A stretch of DNA of 64,000 bases, taken from an uncultured Chloroflexia bacterium (GTDB lineage: Bacteria > Chloroflexota > Dehalococcoidia > DSTF01 > JACRBR01). Positions 31,843 to 40,644 of this stretch are shown here, piece by piece. Where the stretch lies: the NCBI GenBank assembly GCA_963736015.1, contig CAVTNG010000007.1, forward strand, positions 171,803-235,802, in the 5' to 3' direction. Position 1 is the stretch's first letter. Each line of letters opens with the position of its first letter. A model generated the notes under the pieces. The model made no database searches. It had not been told where the DNA came from and saw only the letters and a program-made list of their open reading frames with translations. The translations under genes were made by a program, and so were the position numbers.

Positions 31843-33132
31843 ATGATGATTGCGAGACGACTCCTGCCCGCCCTTGTGTTGCTCGCGGTCGTCGCCGCCA
31901 TGTCCGCGACGGGCGCCGTTCGCGCGCCGCACGCCGAGGCCGCGGACTGCAACAAGATCGCCTTCCCGAACAACATCCAGCAGATGATCGATGCCTCCGC
32001 GCCCGGCGACGTGATCTGCCTCACGCCCGGCGTGTTCATCGGCCCGGTCACGGTCAATGCGAAGCGCAACCTCACGCTGCGCGGGCAGGGCCAGCAGCAG
32101 ACGATCATCGCTGGCGGCGCGAAGGACGCGATGCTGATCTTCAATAGCTCCGACATCACGGTCGAGAACTTGAAGCTGTTCTTCGGGCATCTCGCTGACG
32201 CCTACGTCTGGCAGAGCACCAACGTTACGTTCCAGCACATCGATGCGGGCGGCGGCGACATCGGCATCCACTACGACGTCAACAGCACCGGCCGCATCAG
32301 CGATTCGTTCATCTACGCGCTCACCGGCGATGCCGTGCTCATCCGCCGCGGCTCGAACGTCAGCGTCGAGCGCAATTGGATCTTCCTCAACGGCGGCGTC
32401 GGCGTCTCCACCGTCGGCGAAACGGCGACGACGACGATCACGCGCAATATCATCTCCGACAACCAGGGCCCTGGCGTGTTCGCTGGGCAGACGCCGTGCG
32501 CCCTGCTGCCGCCGGGCCACGTCGAGGTGCCGCAGTGCTACCTGGTGAACCTGCAGGCGTTCGTCGGCAGGGCGAACATCATCCTCAACTCGAACGTCAT
32601 CCAGTCCAGCCAGAGCACCGGCATCGTCATGTTCCCGGGCACGCAGGCGACGATGTCGAACAACCACATTTGGCGCAATCACCTCACCGGCCTCTTCGCG
32701 TGGGGCGCGAACGTTAGTTCCCAGGGCGATGAGTACTCCGGCAACGACGAGCACGCCATCGAGTTCCGCGCCTACCCCGATCCCCTGAAGTACGGCCAGG
32801 TCGGCGACAACTTCCCCGTGCGCGCCGCGGGCAGCCTCAACGCCAACGACATCCACGACACCGTCGTGCTGCCCGAGACCGGCACGCTCGGCGGCGGGGT
32901 GCTCGGGCAGGGCGCGAACCTCAACGTCACAAACTCGCGCATCCACAACAACCGCGGGATCGGCGTGTCGTACGTAAACACATCGCTCGGGACGATCAGC
33001 GGCAACACGATCACCGACAACCGGGGCTCTGCCATCTGCATCTATCACGCGGGCGACGTGCGCACGTCGGCCAACGTCACCCACGGCAACGCGGTCGACA
33101 CCGTCGGCGTCTGCCACGAAACGACGCCGTGA
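31843..33132 (+). CDS. secreted right-handed parallel beta-helix repeat protein (NosD/pectate-lyase-like fold), intact
   Basis: 429 aa; signal peptide MMIARRLLPALVLLAVVAAMSATGAVRA; repeated ...N.I..N.g.G. turns. Confidence 0.55.
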   Translation: MMIARRLLPALVLLAVVAAMSATGAVRAPHAEAADCNKIAFPNNIQQMIDASAPGDVICLTPGVFIGPVTVNAKRNLTLRGQGQQQTIIAGGAKDAMLIFNSSDITVENLKLFFGHLADAYVWQSTNVTFQHIDAGGGDIGIHYDVNSTGRISDSFIYALTGDAVLIRRGSNVSVERNWIFLNGGVGVSTVGETATTTITRNIISDNQGPGVFAGQTPCALLPPGHVEVPQCYLVNLQAFVGRANIILNSNVIQSSQSTGIVMFPGTQATMSNNHIWRNHLTGLFAWGANVSSQGDEYSGNDEHAIEFRAYPDPLKYGQVGDNFPVRAAGSLNANDIHDTVVLPETGTLGGGVLGQGANLNVTNSRIHNNRGIGVSYVNTSLGTISGNTITDNRGSAICIYHAGDVRTSANVTHGNAVDTVGVCHETTP

Positions 33133-33644
33133 CGGACGACGCCCGGCGTCAGAACCAGCCGCTGGCGGATGTCCTCCGCTACAACCGCTGGGCGAACCTC
33201 ACCCTGTTCGAGGCATGTCGCGCGCTTACCGACGCTCAGCTCGACGTTGCCCCGCCTGGGCGCGACTCCGTGCGCCACCTGCTCGTGCACATCACCGGCA
33301 GCCAGCAGACGTTCGTGCTGCGCACGAAGGGCCGCCAGCACGAGGGCGAGCTGAACCGGCGCAGCCCTTGGCCCGGCTTCGATGTGCTGATGCAGATCAT
33401 CACGCAGACGAGCGACGAGCTGATCGCCATCGCCGAAGGCCTGGGCGAGGATCGCGACATCGACCTGTCGTACATGGGGCGCACCTCGCGCCTGCCGGTG
33501 AGCTTCTTCCTGGCGCACGCCATCGAGCACGGTGCCGAGCATCGCACCGAGATCAAACTCGCGCTCGAGGGCGCCGGCATCGGGACGCCCGACCTCGATG
33601 GCTGGGCGTGGTCAGCGGCCGCCGGCTACGGGCGCGAAGTCTGA
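33129..33644 (+). CDS. DinB/YfiT-like family protein (intact), GTG start overlapping upstream stop
   Basis: 171 aa; RYNRWANLTLFEACRALTDAQLD...HLLVHITGSQQTF...LAHAIEHGAEHRTEI. Confidence 0.6.
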   Translation: MTDDARRQNQPLADVLRYNRWANLTLFEACRALTDAQLDVAPPGRDSVRHLLVHITGSQQTFVLRTKGRQHEGELNRRSPWPGFDVLMQIITQTSDELIAIAEGLGEDRDIDLSYMGRTSRLPVSFFLAHAIEHGAEHRTEIKLALEGAGIGTPDLDGWAWSAAAGYGREV

Positions 33645-33645
33645 G

Positions 33646-35034
33646 CTACGCCGGCGCGTTGCGGCGCGCCGCCTGCCATCGCGCGCGCATGTCGTCCGTC
33701 GCGCGCTCGTCGGCGTGGATCTGGCCGTAACGCGACGCCGTAAATGCCGCGCTCACCTCGCCCGGCACGGCGGAGCCATAGTGTGCATCGAGCGGCGGCG
33801 CGAACTGCATCGGCGTCGAGGCGGGCGGGCGTTCGAGCCCTGACGATGCAGCGTCGGCGAGCATGTCGAAGTAAAGGCGCTGAACGCCCGTCGCGGCTGG
33901 CCGCCCCGCCCCGCGCCGGAACCGTCCCGTGAGGTCGCCCCACAGCGCGCGCAGATCATCGCCGAGCGAGACGTCGCGCTCGACCTGCGTCCGCACCTCG
34001 CCCGGCTTGCCCTTGCGCGCGGCGAAGCGCCGGTACGCGAACCAGAGCACGATGAGCAGCGCGATTCCGAGCGCGGCCACCACCCCGCCGGCGACGACCC
34101 AACCGAGCACCTGCTGCCAGAGCGGCCGCGTCGTGTCGTGCTCGAGCGGCTGTTGCGGCGTCTGCTGCTGGTCGGGGGGCGGCGGCTGGTCGAGCGACGG
34201 GAAGAGGTGCCGCAGCAGCCGAATCGGCGCCGCGAACAGCGGCTCCAGCACGTAGCGTCCGAACAGCTCGAGTGGCGCCGCCAGCGGCCGGGCCACAGGC
34301 TCGAGCGCGCCCGCCGACGATGGGTCGAAGGCCGCGGCGACCACCGCCAGTACCGCCGCGGCGCCGACGAGCAGCCCCGCGCCGAGCGCCCAGCGCGATA
34401 CGAAGCCCGTCACCGGCGCGTCGGGCTCCGGAGCCTGGAACAGGGCCAGCGCCGCGAGCCCCAGCAGCAGGTACAGCACCCCCAGCGCGCCGAAGACGTC
34501 CGGCCCGCGCGTGTCGGGCGCCACGATCGCCGCGATCAGCACGACCGCGAGGCCGAACGCCGCCGTCCCGAGCACGTCGTCGTATTCCAGCGGCTGCTGC
34601 CCGCGTGAGACGCCGCGCACCCACAATCCGATGAGGACGATGGAGCCGCCGAACACGCCGCGATGCTCGTCGAAGCTCGTCGCCGTCTCCGTGACCAGCG
34701 CGCGCAGCCAACCGAGGTCCCACGGCGCGGTCGACGCGGCGTACTCGAAGTGCAGGATCGCGAACATCGCCAGCACGCTTGCCGCCACGCCCACGCGCCG
34801 CATCGACGTTTCGTCGAGGTCCATCTCGGCGAGCACTCGCGACAGCGCGAACAATCCGGCCACCACGGCCGTCACCGTCGTGAGCGATGGCCCCGCGCCC
34901 TCGCCCTTCGACAGGACGCCAACGATGAGCGCCGCCAGCGCATAGCCCGAGATCACGTCGAGCGCGACGGCCAGCGGCGTCCGCGCCGCGCGCACGGTCA
35001 TCGCGAGGCCTCCGCGGGCGAGGCGGCGCTCCAC
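33646..35034 (-). CDS. multi-TM membrane protein with C-terminal DUF4129-like domain (third gene of a MoxR-DUF58 operon)
   Basis: 462 aa intact; about 8 hydrophobic segments; C-term QRLYFDMLADAASSGLERPPASTP. Confidence 0.5.
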   Translation of the reverse strand: MERRLARGGLAMTVRAARTPLAVALDVISGYALAALIVGVLSKGEGAGPSLTTVTAVVAGLFALSRVLAEMDLDETSMRRVGVAASVLAMFAILHFEYAASTAPWDLGWLRALVTETATSFDEHRGVFGGSIVLIGLWVRGVSRGQQPLEYDDVLGTAAFGLAVVLIAAIVAPDTRGPDVFGALGVLYLLLGLAALALFQAPEPDAPVTGFVSRWALGAGLLVGAAAVLAVVAAAFDPSSAGALEPVARPLAAPLELFGRYVLEPLFAAPIRLLRHLFPSLDQPPPPDQQQTPQQPLEHDTTRPLWQQVLGWVVAGGVVAALGIALLIVLWFAYRRFAARKGKPGEVRTQVERDVSLGDDLRALWGDLTGRFRRGAGRPAATGVQRLYFDMLADAASSGLERPPASTPMQFAPPLDAHYGSAVPGEVSAAFTASRYGQIHADERATDDMRARWQAARRNAPA

Positions 35035-36231
35035 GCGTTCTCGACGTGCGAGACGTCGTGCACGGGCACGGCCTCAAGTAGCTCCGGCCACGTCTCGCCG
35101 GAAGTCGAGAGCACCAGCACCTGTTGGCCGCGGCTGCGCAGCCGCAGCAGCGTCGCCGCCAGCGCCTCCGGCATCGTCGCCGTCACGACGACAATCGTCG
35201 TGCCGATGCTCAGTCGGTGCTCCTCGCGGTCCAGCATTGCCGCCAGCGGCTCCAGCACGAACGGCGTCACGACGCCCAGCGCTTCGAGCACGCGGATGAA
35301 CTGCTCGGCGCGCTGCCCCGGCGCGATGCGGATCGCGCGGTCGGCGTCAGGCACCGTGCTGTTGACCAGCAGGCCGACGCTGTAACGCCGGTCGTAGGCG
35401 TCCGCGCGATCGATGCCGCTACCACGAGCGCGCGCTCCAGGTAGTCGTGGATATACCCCGCCCAGGCCGGCACCATCGTCTGCGTGTTTACGCACAGCAG
35501 CAGGTAGCGCGACGACGTCGGCTCGTACACCCGCGACTGCATCTTCCCCAGCCGTGCCGTCGCGCTCCAGTCGATGCGCCGCATGCTGTCGCCGGGCCGA
35601 TAGTCGCGGATCCCCGCAACGCGCGACGGGTCCTCGAATACGGGGAGCCCCTTCGGGCGGTCGCCGTACGGCCGGCGCGCTGGCAGCCCCAGGTCGTCGA
35701 GCAGATCACCTGCGGGTACACCACCACGCGCGTGCGGCGCGTCTCGACATGCTCTTCCTCGAACAGGCCGAACGGATCGCCGGAGCGGATGTGCGTCGGT
35801 CCGATCTCCCAGATGCCGCGCTCGGGGCGACGCAGGTCCATCGAGCGGCTGATGCGCTCGTAGCCGCCGGCGCTCGTCTTCCAGCGCAGGCTCACGGAGC
35901 CCACCTGGCCGACCTGGGCCAGCTCATCCTTCGAGCCGGCCAGCATCGCCTCCGGGAACTGCTCGTCCACCTCGAGGCGGGTGAGGGGCAGCGGCTTGCG
36001 GTTCGTGATGCGGAGCGTCAACGGCACGCTCTCGCCCGCGAACGCGCGGTCTTCCGGCAGCAGGCGCTCGTGCTCCACGCGACGCAGCGACCAGCGGGCC
36101 CACAGCGCCGCGCCGCCGCAGGCAAGCGGCACGCCGAACCCAAGCATCGTCACGATGCCGCTGCGCGCCACGATCCCGGCGATGATGATCGCAAGTGCAA
36201 CCCACGGCCACAGCTCGCGCACGTCGCGCAC
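35010..36231 (-). CDS. DUF58 (vWA-like) domain protein, in at least 3 frame segments
   Basis: N-term ORF 35488..36231 (TM + LRITNRKPLPLTRLEVDEQFP); core MRRIDWSATARLGKMQSRVYEPTSSRYLLLCVN in ORF 35267..35584; C-term in ORF 34998..35495. Confidence 0.55.
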
Positions 36232-36235
36232 GGGC

Positions 36236-36551
36236 CTAACCCTCGACCGGGACGGGGAGTTCGTCCAGCAGCTCGCGCACCAGGCTCTCGGCGTCGCGTC
36301 CGCGCAGCCGCGACTGCGAGCCCAGCGTGATGCGGTGCGCCAGCACCGGCGCCGCCAGCGTCTTCACATCGTCAGGCATCACGTAGTCGCGTCCGCGTAC
36401 CGCTGCCAGCGCCCGCGCCGCGCGGAACAGCGCCAGGGATGCGCGGGGCTCGCGCCCAGCTCCACGGCGTCGTGCGCGCGCGTCGCCTGCGTCAGGCGGA
36501 CGATGTAGTCGCGCACCGATGGCTCGCAGTGCACGGCCGGCAGCATTAGGC
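36236..36551 (-). pseudogene. moxR: MoxR-family AAA ATPase, only the C-terminal (lid) third present; 5' part missing at the G8 tract
   Basis: ...[66 protein letters not shown]... with one internal frameshift; no Walker A/B upstream. Confidence 0.55.
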
Positions 36552-36587
36552 GGGGGGGGGCCATGTTTCTGCTCAACAGTTCGTCTT

Positions 36588-36809
36588 CCTACAGCGACTG
36601 CAGGATCAGCATCCGGAACATCGGGATCGCGTCGAACGGCTTGCGACCCGCACGGCTCTTCTTTTCCGCGTCCGGGGTCAGTGCCACCGCTTCGATGTCG
36701 GCCCGGAAACTCCCCAGGGAACCAGCGCCGCAATCGCTTCCAGCGGATCACCCTTCTTCGACAGCGCCGCTAATCGCTTCTCCGCATCGAAAAACCCCGA
36801 CTGTCCCAT
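36588..36809 (-). mobile_element. IS5-family (IS1031/ISRm-like group) transposase N-terminal fragment, frameshifted and truncated
   Basis: MGQSGFFDAEKRLAALSKKGDPLEAIAALVPW then (other frame) SFRADIEAVALTPDAEKKSRAGRKPFDAIPMFRMLILQSL*. Confidence 0.6.
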
Positions 36810-37310
36810 CGTCTCGCTCCGCAAAATCAGCGTCCTCACAAACGAGATTCGCATAGCGCCGCGCCACAGCCAATTATTCGAGGTCCCCTTGATCTCCTCG
36901 AGGACGCAATTCAGTCTGGGCGAAAATCTTTCCGTCCTGATGCGTGATCCGGCGGGAGAATTTCATGGCGTGCGGAAGCAGGAGACGGGCCCCGCGAAGA
37001 TAAGTCGCGCCCTTTGTGAACGGCGGTCAGGATCCGCGCAAAGTTGGCGGAGCGAGATTTTTCGGCATGACATTTGCAGACGGATTGGCCGGACCTTGCC
37101 GTCGGCCTCTTGGTGGCAATCAACGGCCGGGTGGCAAGCGCTGTCAACGCCGTAAGCCGCCGGAGGCGGGGGCCGAAGGCCCGCGTTGATAGAGGTTGCA
37201 ACCCGGCCATCCTTGGCCACCACAGCCGTCGGCCAACCGTCACGGTGCGGTTTTCTCCGCCAACTTTACGCGGAAACGCGCCGCCGGTAACACCCTTCTG
37301 CCGCATTACC

Positions 37311-37524
37311 GTAAGCGCTGTTTTCAGGCCACGTTTCTGAGCTTCGAGGCGGTGGGAAAAGCCCACGGGAGCAGGTCGTCGATCTGGCTGTTGGGATGAC
37401 CGTTGACGATCTTGGTGATGACGTCGGCGAGATAGGCGTGGGTGTCGACATCGCAGAGCTTGCAGGTCTCGACGAGCGAGGCGATGACGGCCCAGTGCTC
37501 GCTGCCGCCGTCCAAAGCGGCCTC
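37311..37524 (-). mobile_element. classical IS66-family tnpC, C-terminal fragment plus right inverted repeat (GTAAGCG... at 37311)
   Basis: ...ALDGGSEHWAVIASLVETCKLCDVDTHAYLADVITKIVNGHPNSQIDDLLPWAF*; IS66-type IR end GTAAGCGCTG. Confidence 0.55.
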
Positions 37525-37782
37525 ATGATGCCCGGAGTTCTGGGGCATGAGGTGAAAGTCACCTATCCGTTCCACCCGTTGTTTCAGCGGTCGGCGACCG
37601 TGGTCGCCGATCAAATGCACAACGGTAGTCGGCATCTGACTTTGCGTTCCGGCGACGACCGCTCGTTTCTGGTGCCGGCGTGGATGCTCAGCCCCGATGC
37701 GGCGTCGATCAAAATCCTTCGAAGTTCCGTGCTTTCCCATCGCCCGTCTCTTCGAGTTACGGGCGCTCTTGATTCGAGCTAG
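37525..37782 (+). CDS. recombinase-associated conserved hypothetical protein (copy A); paralog of 40645..40930
   Basis: MMPGVLGHEVKVTYPFHPLFQRSATVVADQMHNGSRHLTLRSGDDRSFLVPAWMLSPDAASIKILRSSVLSHRPSLRVTGALDSS aligns with FEVVVRYPHHPRAGERVMVLRRLRCADCPHFVIEQPGGSRLLLPAWMTE... Confidence 0.45.
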   Translation: MMPGVLGHEVKVTYPFHPLFQRSATVVADQMHNGSRHLTLRSGDDRSFLVPAWMLSPDAASIKILRSSVLSHRPSLRVTGALDSS

Positions 37783-37821
37783 CCTCTTGCGTGCGGGGTG
37801 AGATCTCCGAGAGAAGCGAAC

Positions 37822-38004
37822 ATGGCAAAGCAATTGGTGAAGATTCAGCTGGATTTGTTCGAGCAGCCACCGCCGGAGATGAGAATGGCGCTTGCGCCGG
37901 TGCAGCGCGCGAGCGCGCTGGAACAAATCCAAGCGCTGTTGATGGAGGCGACGGCGATCTTGGAAGACGGGCAGGAGGCGGGCGATGACCAAGATCAAGC
38001 CTGA
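37822..38004 (+). CDS. small recombinase-associated protein (copy A), 60 aa
   Basis: MAKQLVKIQLDLFEQPPPEMRMALAPVQRASALEQIQALLMEATAIL; similar QLDL..R..A......L..LL.E pattern as the 57-aa ORF 40468..40641; 3' end overlaps recombinase start. Confidence 0.35.
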   Translation: MAKQLVKIQLDLFEQPPPEMRMALAPVQRASALEQIQALLMEATAILEDGQEAGDDQDQA

Positions 38005-38400
38005 TCACCTGGCGCGTGATGCGATCGTCTATGTTCGCCAATCAACGACATTTCAGGTCGCGCAAAACCTTGAGAGCCAGCGACGGCAATACGGCTTGGT
38101 CGACCGGGCTCGTCAGCTCGGCTGGCCCGATGCCGAAGTGATCGACGACGATCTCGGGCGATCGGGCGGCGGCGGACGTCGGCCTGGCTTCGAAAAGCTT
38201 TTGGCAGCGATCTGCGAAGGGCGTGTCGGCCCGTGCTCTCGCTGGAAGCCTCACGACTGGCGCGCAATGGACGGGATTGGCACACGCTGCTCGAGTTCTG
38301 CGGCTTCGTCAGCACGTTGATCATCGACGAGGACGGTATCTACGACGTGACCTCGCCCAACGATCGACTTCTGCTCGGCATGAACGGGACGGTGACATGA
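37985..38400 (+). pseudogene. large serine recombinase copy A, N-terminal resolvase-domain fragment (about 138 aa) ending at the nested insertion
   Basis: MTKIKPDHLARDAIVYVRQSTTFQ...VIDDDLGRSGGGGRRPGFEKLLAAICEGR then frameshift ...ASRLARNGRDWHTLLEFCGFVSTLIIDEDGIYDVTSPNDRLLLGMNGTVT*; 70-80% identical to the N-terminus of 38418..40475. Confidence 0.65.
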
Positions 38401-38420
38401 TGCAGTACCTCGTCATCTCA
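38393..38420. promoter_or_regulatory. imperfect 28-bp dyad TGACATGATGCAGTACCTCGTCATCTCA centred on GTAC at the junction of copy A and copy B; candidate recombination (att-like) core
   Basis: 19/28 positions self-complementary; contains the stop codons of both the copy-A fragment (38398-38400) and copy-B recombinase (38418-38420). Confidence 0.3.
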
Positions 38421-40475
38421 TTGAAAAGGCAGGTTTTGTTGTCGCGCGTCGCGTGATATTGCGCGGCCGTTCGCGATCGCCTGCCGGACTGCCGGCCGAT
38501 CGAGAGCCTCTTCGGGGATCACATAGGGCGCGCCCACGCAGACCTGCCTCGCCGGCAGCACTCCATCGCGGATCAAGCGCACCACGGTCATCTTGCTGAC
38601 ACCGAGGCGGCGCGCGGCTTCGTGCAGGATAAGCTCGTGCCGCGCCGCGCGTTCGCCCTCCCGATAGCCCGCAATCCGATGCGTGCCGCGGAAGTTGCGG
38701 ACCCGCAACTCAGTCCAGGTAAGGCCTTTGCCCGAGCGGATACCGAGCCGGTTGAGAAGGGGAGCGATGCTGTGGTCCGGCAGGATGCGCGCCAGCTCGC
38801 GCACCAGCTGCACGGTCGCCACGTCGGTCTTCCAGCGATTCTGGCCAGACCGGTTCTTCACCACCTCAAGCCGCGTGTGATCTCCGCCCTGCCAATGCAG
38901 CACCAGGTGCAGCCGACCGGGCGCGACCGTGACGATGATCTCCTTGAGAACGGCCCGCAAAATCCGCTTGCGGGTCTCGGGAGAGGCGGCAGGATGGTTC
39001 CACAGGCGCGGCAAGTCTGTCGCCAAAGCGAGCATCTCGCGCCGCTCGGCTTCGGTCGGCGCCGGCGCCTGCGTTTCTCGGGCGACGCGCATCTCTTCTT
39101 CGAGCCGCGCCATTTCGCCAAGCTTCTCATTCCAGCGTCGCTCAAGATCGCTGGCCACCAGGCGATTGTCCGGATCGACCGCGTCATATTGCCGGTGTGC
39201 CCGCGCCGCCTCGTAACGGGCTTGCTCTAGGGCGAGCTCCATCTGCCGCAGCCGCGCCGCATCAGCCCCCTCGTGATCGGCGATCGACTGGACCGCCGCC
39301 TCAATGGCCAGCGGCGAGATCGCACCCAGGACTTCCGCCGACACCGCAGCATCGACCCGCGCATTGCTGAAGGCGATGCACCTCTTGCCGGTTGGGGAGG
39401 CGATCTCGGCATCACAGTGATAGCGCGCGTCGCGCCGGGCATGATGCCGAACCTTGAGCTTGCGGCCGCAGTGCCCGCAGCGCAGCAGCCCGACGAGAAG
39501 CGCGTCGCCACTGCGTACCGAGCCTGGCACCATCGCCCCCATCCTGTTCGCATTGCCGGCGATTACCTTCTGGTTGCGATCATACTCCTCCCAGGAGATG
39601 TAGCCATCATGGTGGTCGCGGATCAGCACCGTCCACTCTTCGCGCCGGCGCGCAACCCCGTGAGTGATGACCTTGCGACCGCCTTCGAACCGGGCCCGGG
39701 AGGCGGTGCGCCCGAAGACATAGGCTCCCCCGTAGACCGGATTGGTCAGCAGCCGATGAATCGCATGGTAGCGCGGCGGGCGCCACTGCACGGTCCGTCC
39801 CTGCGGGCCATAGACGGCAACCGGCAGCTCAATCCCCTCCTGCCGCAGCCACAAGGCGAGCTGGCGCACGCTGCCAATCTCGCCGAACTTGCGGAACACC
39901 AAGGACAGCACCTCGCGGATTCTCAGGTCCGGGTCCAGCTCCAGACGATCGTCAGCACCGCGCACGTAGCCGATCGCGAGCGTCGTATGCAACTCGCCGC
40001 GCGCGGCCTTGAGGCGCAGAGCTTCCTGGGAGCGCTGCCGGAACATCGAGAGCTCCAGCTCGCTGAAAGTTCCTTTCATGCCCAGCAGCAAGCGATCGTT
40101 GACCAGACGCGGATCATAGACCGCGTCCTCGTCAATGATCAGGGTGTTCAGCAGCGCACAGAACTCCAGCAGCGTGTGCCAGTCGCGCCCGTTGCGAGCC
40201 AGGCGCGACGCCTCGATCGCGAACACCGCGCCGGCGCGCCCCTCACAGATCGCCGCCAGCAGGCGCTCGAAGCCGGGGCGCGCCGTCCCGCCGCCCGAAC
40301 GGCCGAGATCGTCGTCGATGACAACCACCTTCTCCCAGCCGAGGGCGCGAGCGCGCGTCGGGAGGGCATACTGGCGCCGCCGGCTCTCCGGATTGTGGAG
40401 CATCTGGCCCAGGGTGGATTGCCGCACGTAGACATAGGCGCTGCGCGCCAGGTGATCGGGCGTGATCTTAGTCAT
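38418..40475 (-). CDS. large serine recombinase (resolvase catalytic domain + recombinase + zinc-ribbon + coiled-coil), 685 aa, intact
   Basis: MTKITPDHLARSAYVYVRQSTLGQ...EASRLARNGRDWHTLLEF...; CxxC...C.C zinc ribbon (RCGHCGRKLKV...YHCD); long Ala/Glu/Arg-rich coiled-coil; C-terminal HTH. Confidence 0.85.
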   Translation of the reverse strand: MTKITPDHLARSAYVYVRQSTLGQMLHNPESRRRQYALPTRARALGWEKVVVIDDDLGRSGGGTARPGFERLLAAICEGRAGAVFAIEASRLARNGRDWHTLLEFCALLNTLIIDEDAVYDPRLVNDRLLLGMKGTFSELELSMFRQRSQEALRLKAARGELHTTLAIGYVRGADDRLELDPDLRIREVLSLVFRKFGEIGSVRQLALWLRQEGIELPVAVYGPQGRTVQWRPPRYHAIHRLLTNPVYGGAYVFGRTASRARFEGGRKVITHGVARRREEWTVLIRDHHDGYISWEEYDRNQKVIAGNANRMGAMVPGSVRSGDALLVGLLRCGHCGRKLKVRHHARRDARYHCDAEIASPTGKRCIAFSNARVDAAVSAEVLGAISPLAIEAAVQSIADHEGADAARLRQMELALEQARYEAARAHRQYDAVDPDNRLVASDLERRWNEKLGEMARLEEEMRVARETQAPAPTEAERREMLALATDLPRLWNHPAASPETRKRILRAVLKEIIVTVAPGRLHLVLHWQGGDHTRLEVVKNRSGQNRWKTDVATVQLVRELARILPDHSIAPLLNRLGIRSGKGLTWTELRVRNFRGTHRIAGYREGERAARHELILHEAARRLGVSKMTVVRLIRDGVLPARQVCVGAPYVIPEEALDRPAVRQAIANGRAISRDARQQNLPFQ

Positions 40476-40641
40476 CGTCCACCTCCGGTCTGCCGGCCGC
40501 GGCGACGGCGCACTCGCTCAGCAGAACCTTGAGGAGATTGACGATCTCCGCGCGGGTTGCCGGGTCGAAGCGCCGGCGCGCGAGATCGCGGGCCGCCAGC
40601 ACGAGAAGATCGAGTTGCTGCCTTCGGGCATGCTGTTCCAT
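40468..40641 (-). CDS. small recombinase-associated protein (copy B), 57 aa, ATGA-type overlap with recombinase start
   Basis: MEQHARRQQLDLLVLAARDLARRRFDPATRAEIVNLLKVLLSECAVAAAGRPEVDDD; counterpart of 37822..38004. Confidence 0.35.
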   Translation of the reverse strand: MEQHARRQQLDLLVLAARDLARRRFDPATRAEIVNLLKVLLSECAVAAAGRPEVDDD

Positions 40642-40644
40642 CAT

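Noticed and set aside
36552-36559. G8 run considered as a biological slippage/phase-variation tract
   Set aside because: It lies at a truncated gene boundary between two taxonomically different segments, so an artefact or junction explanation is more parsimonious. It is kept as part of the chimera finding.
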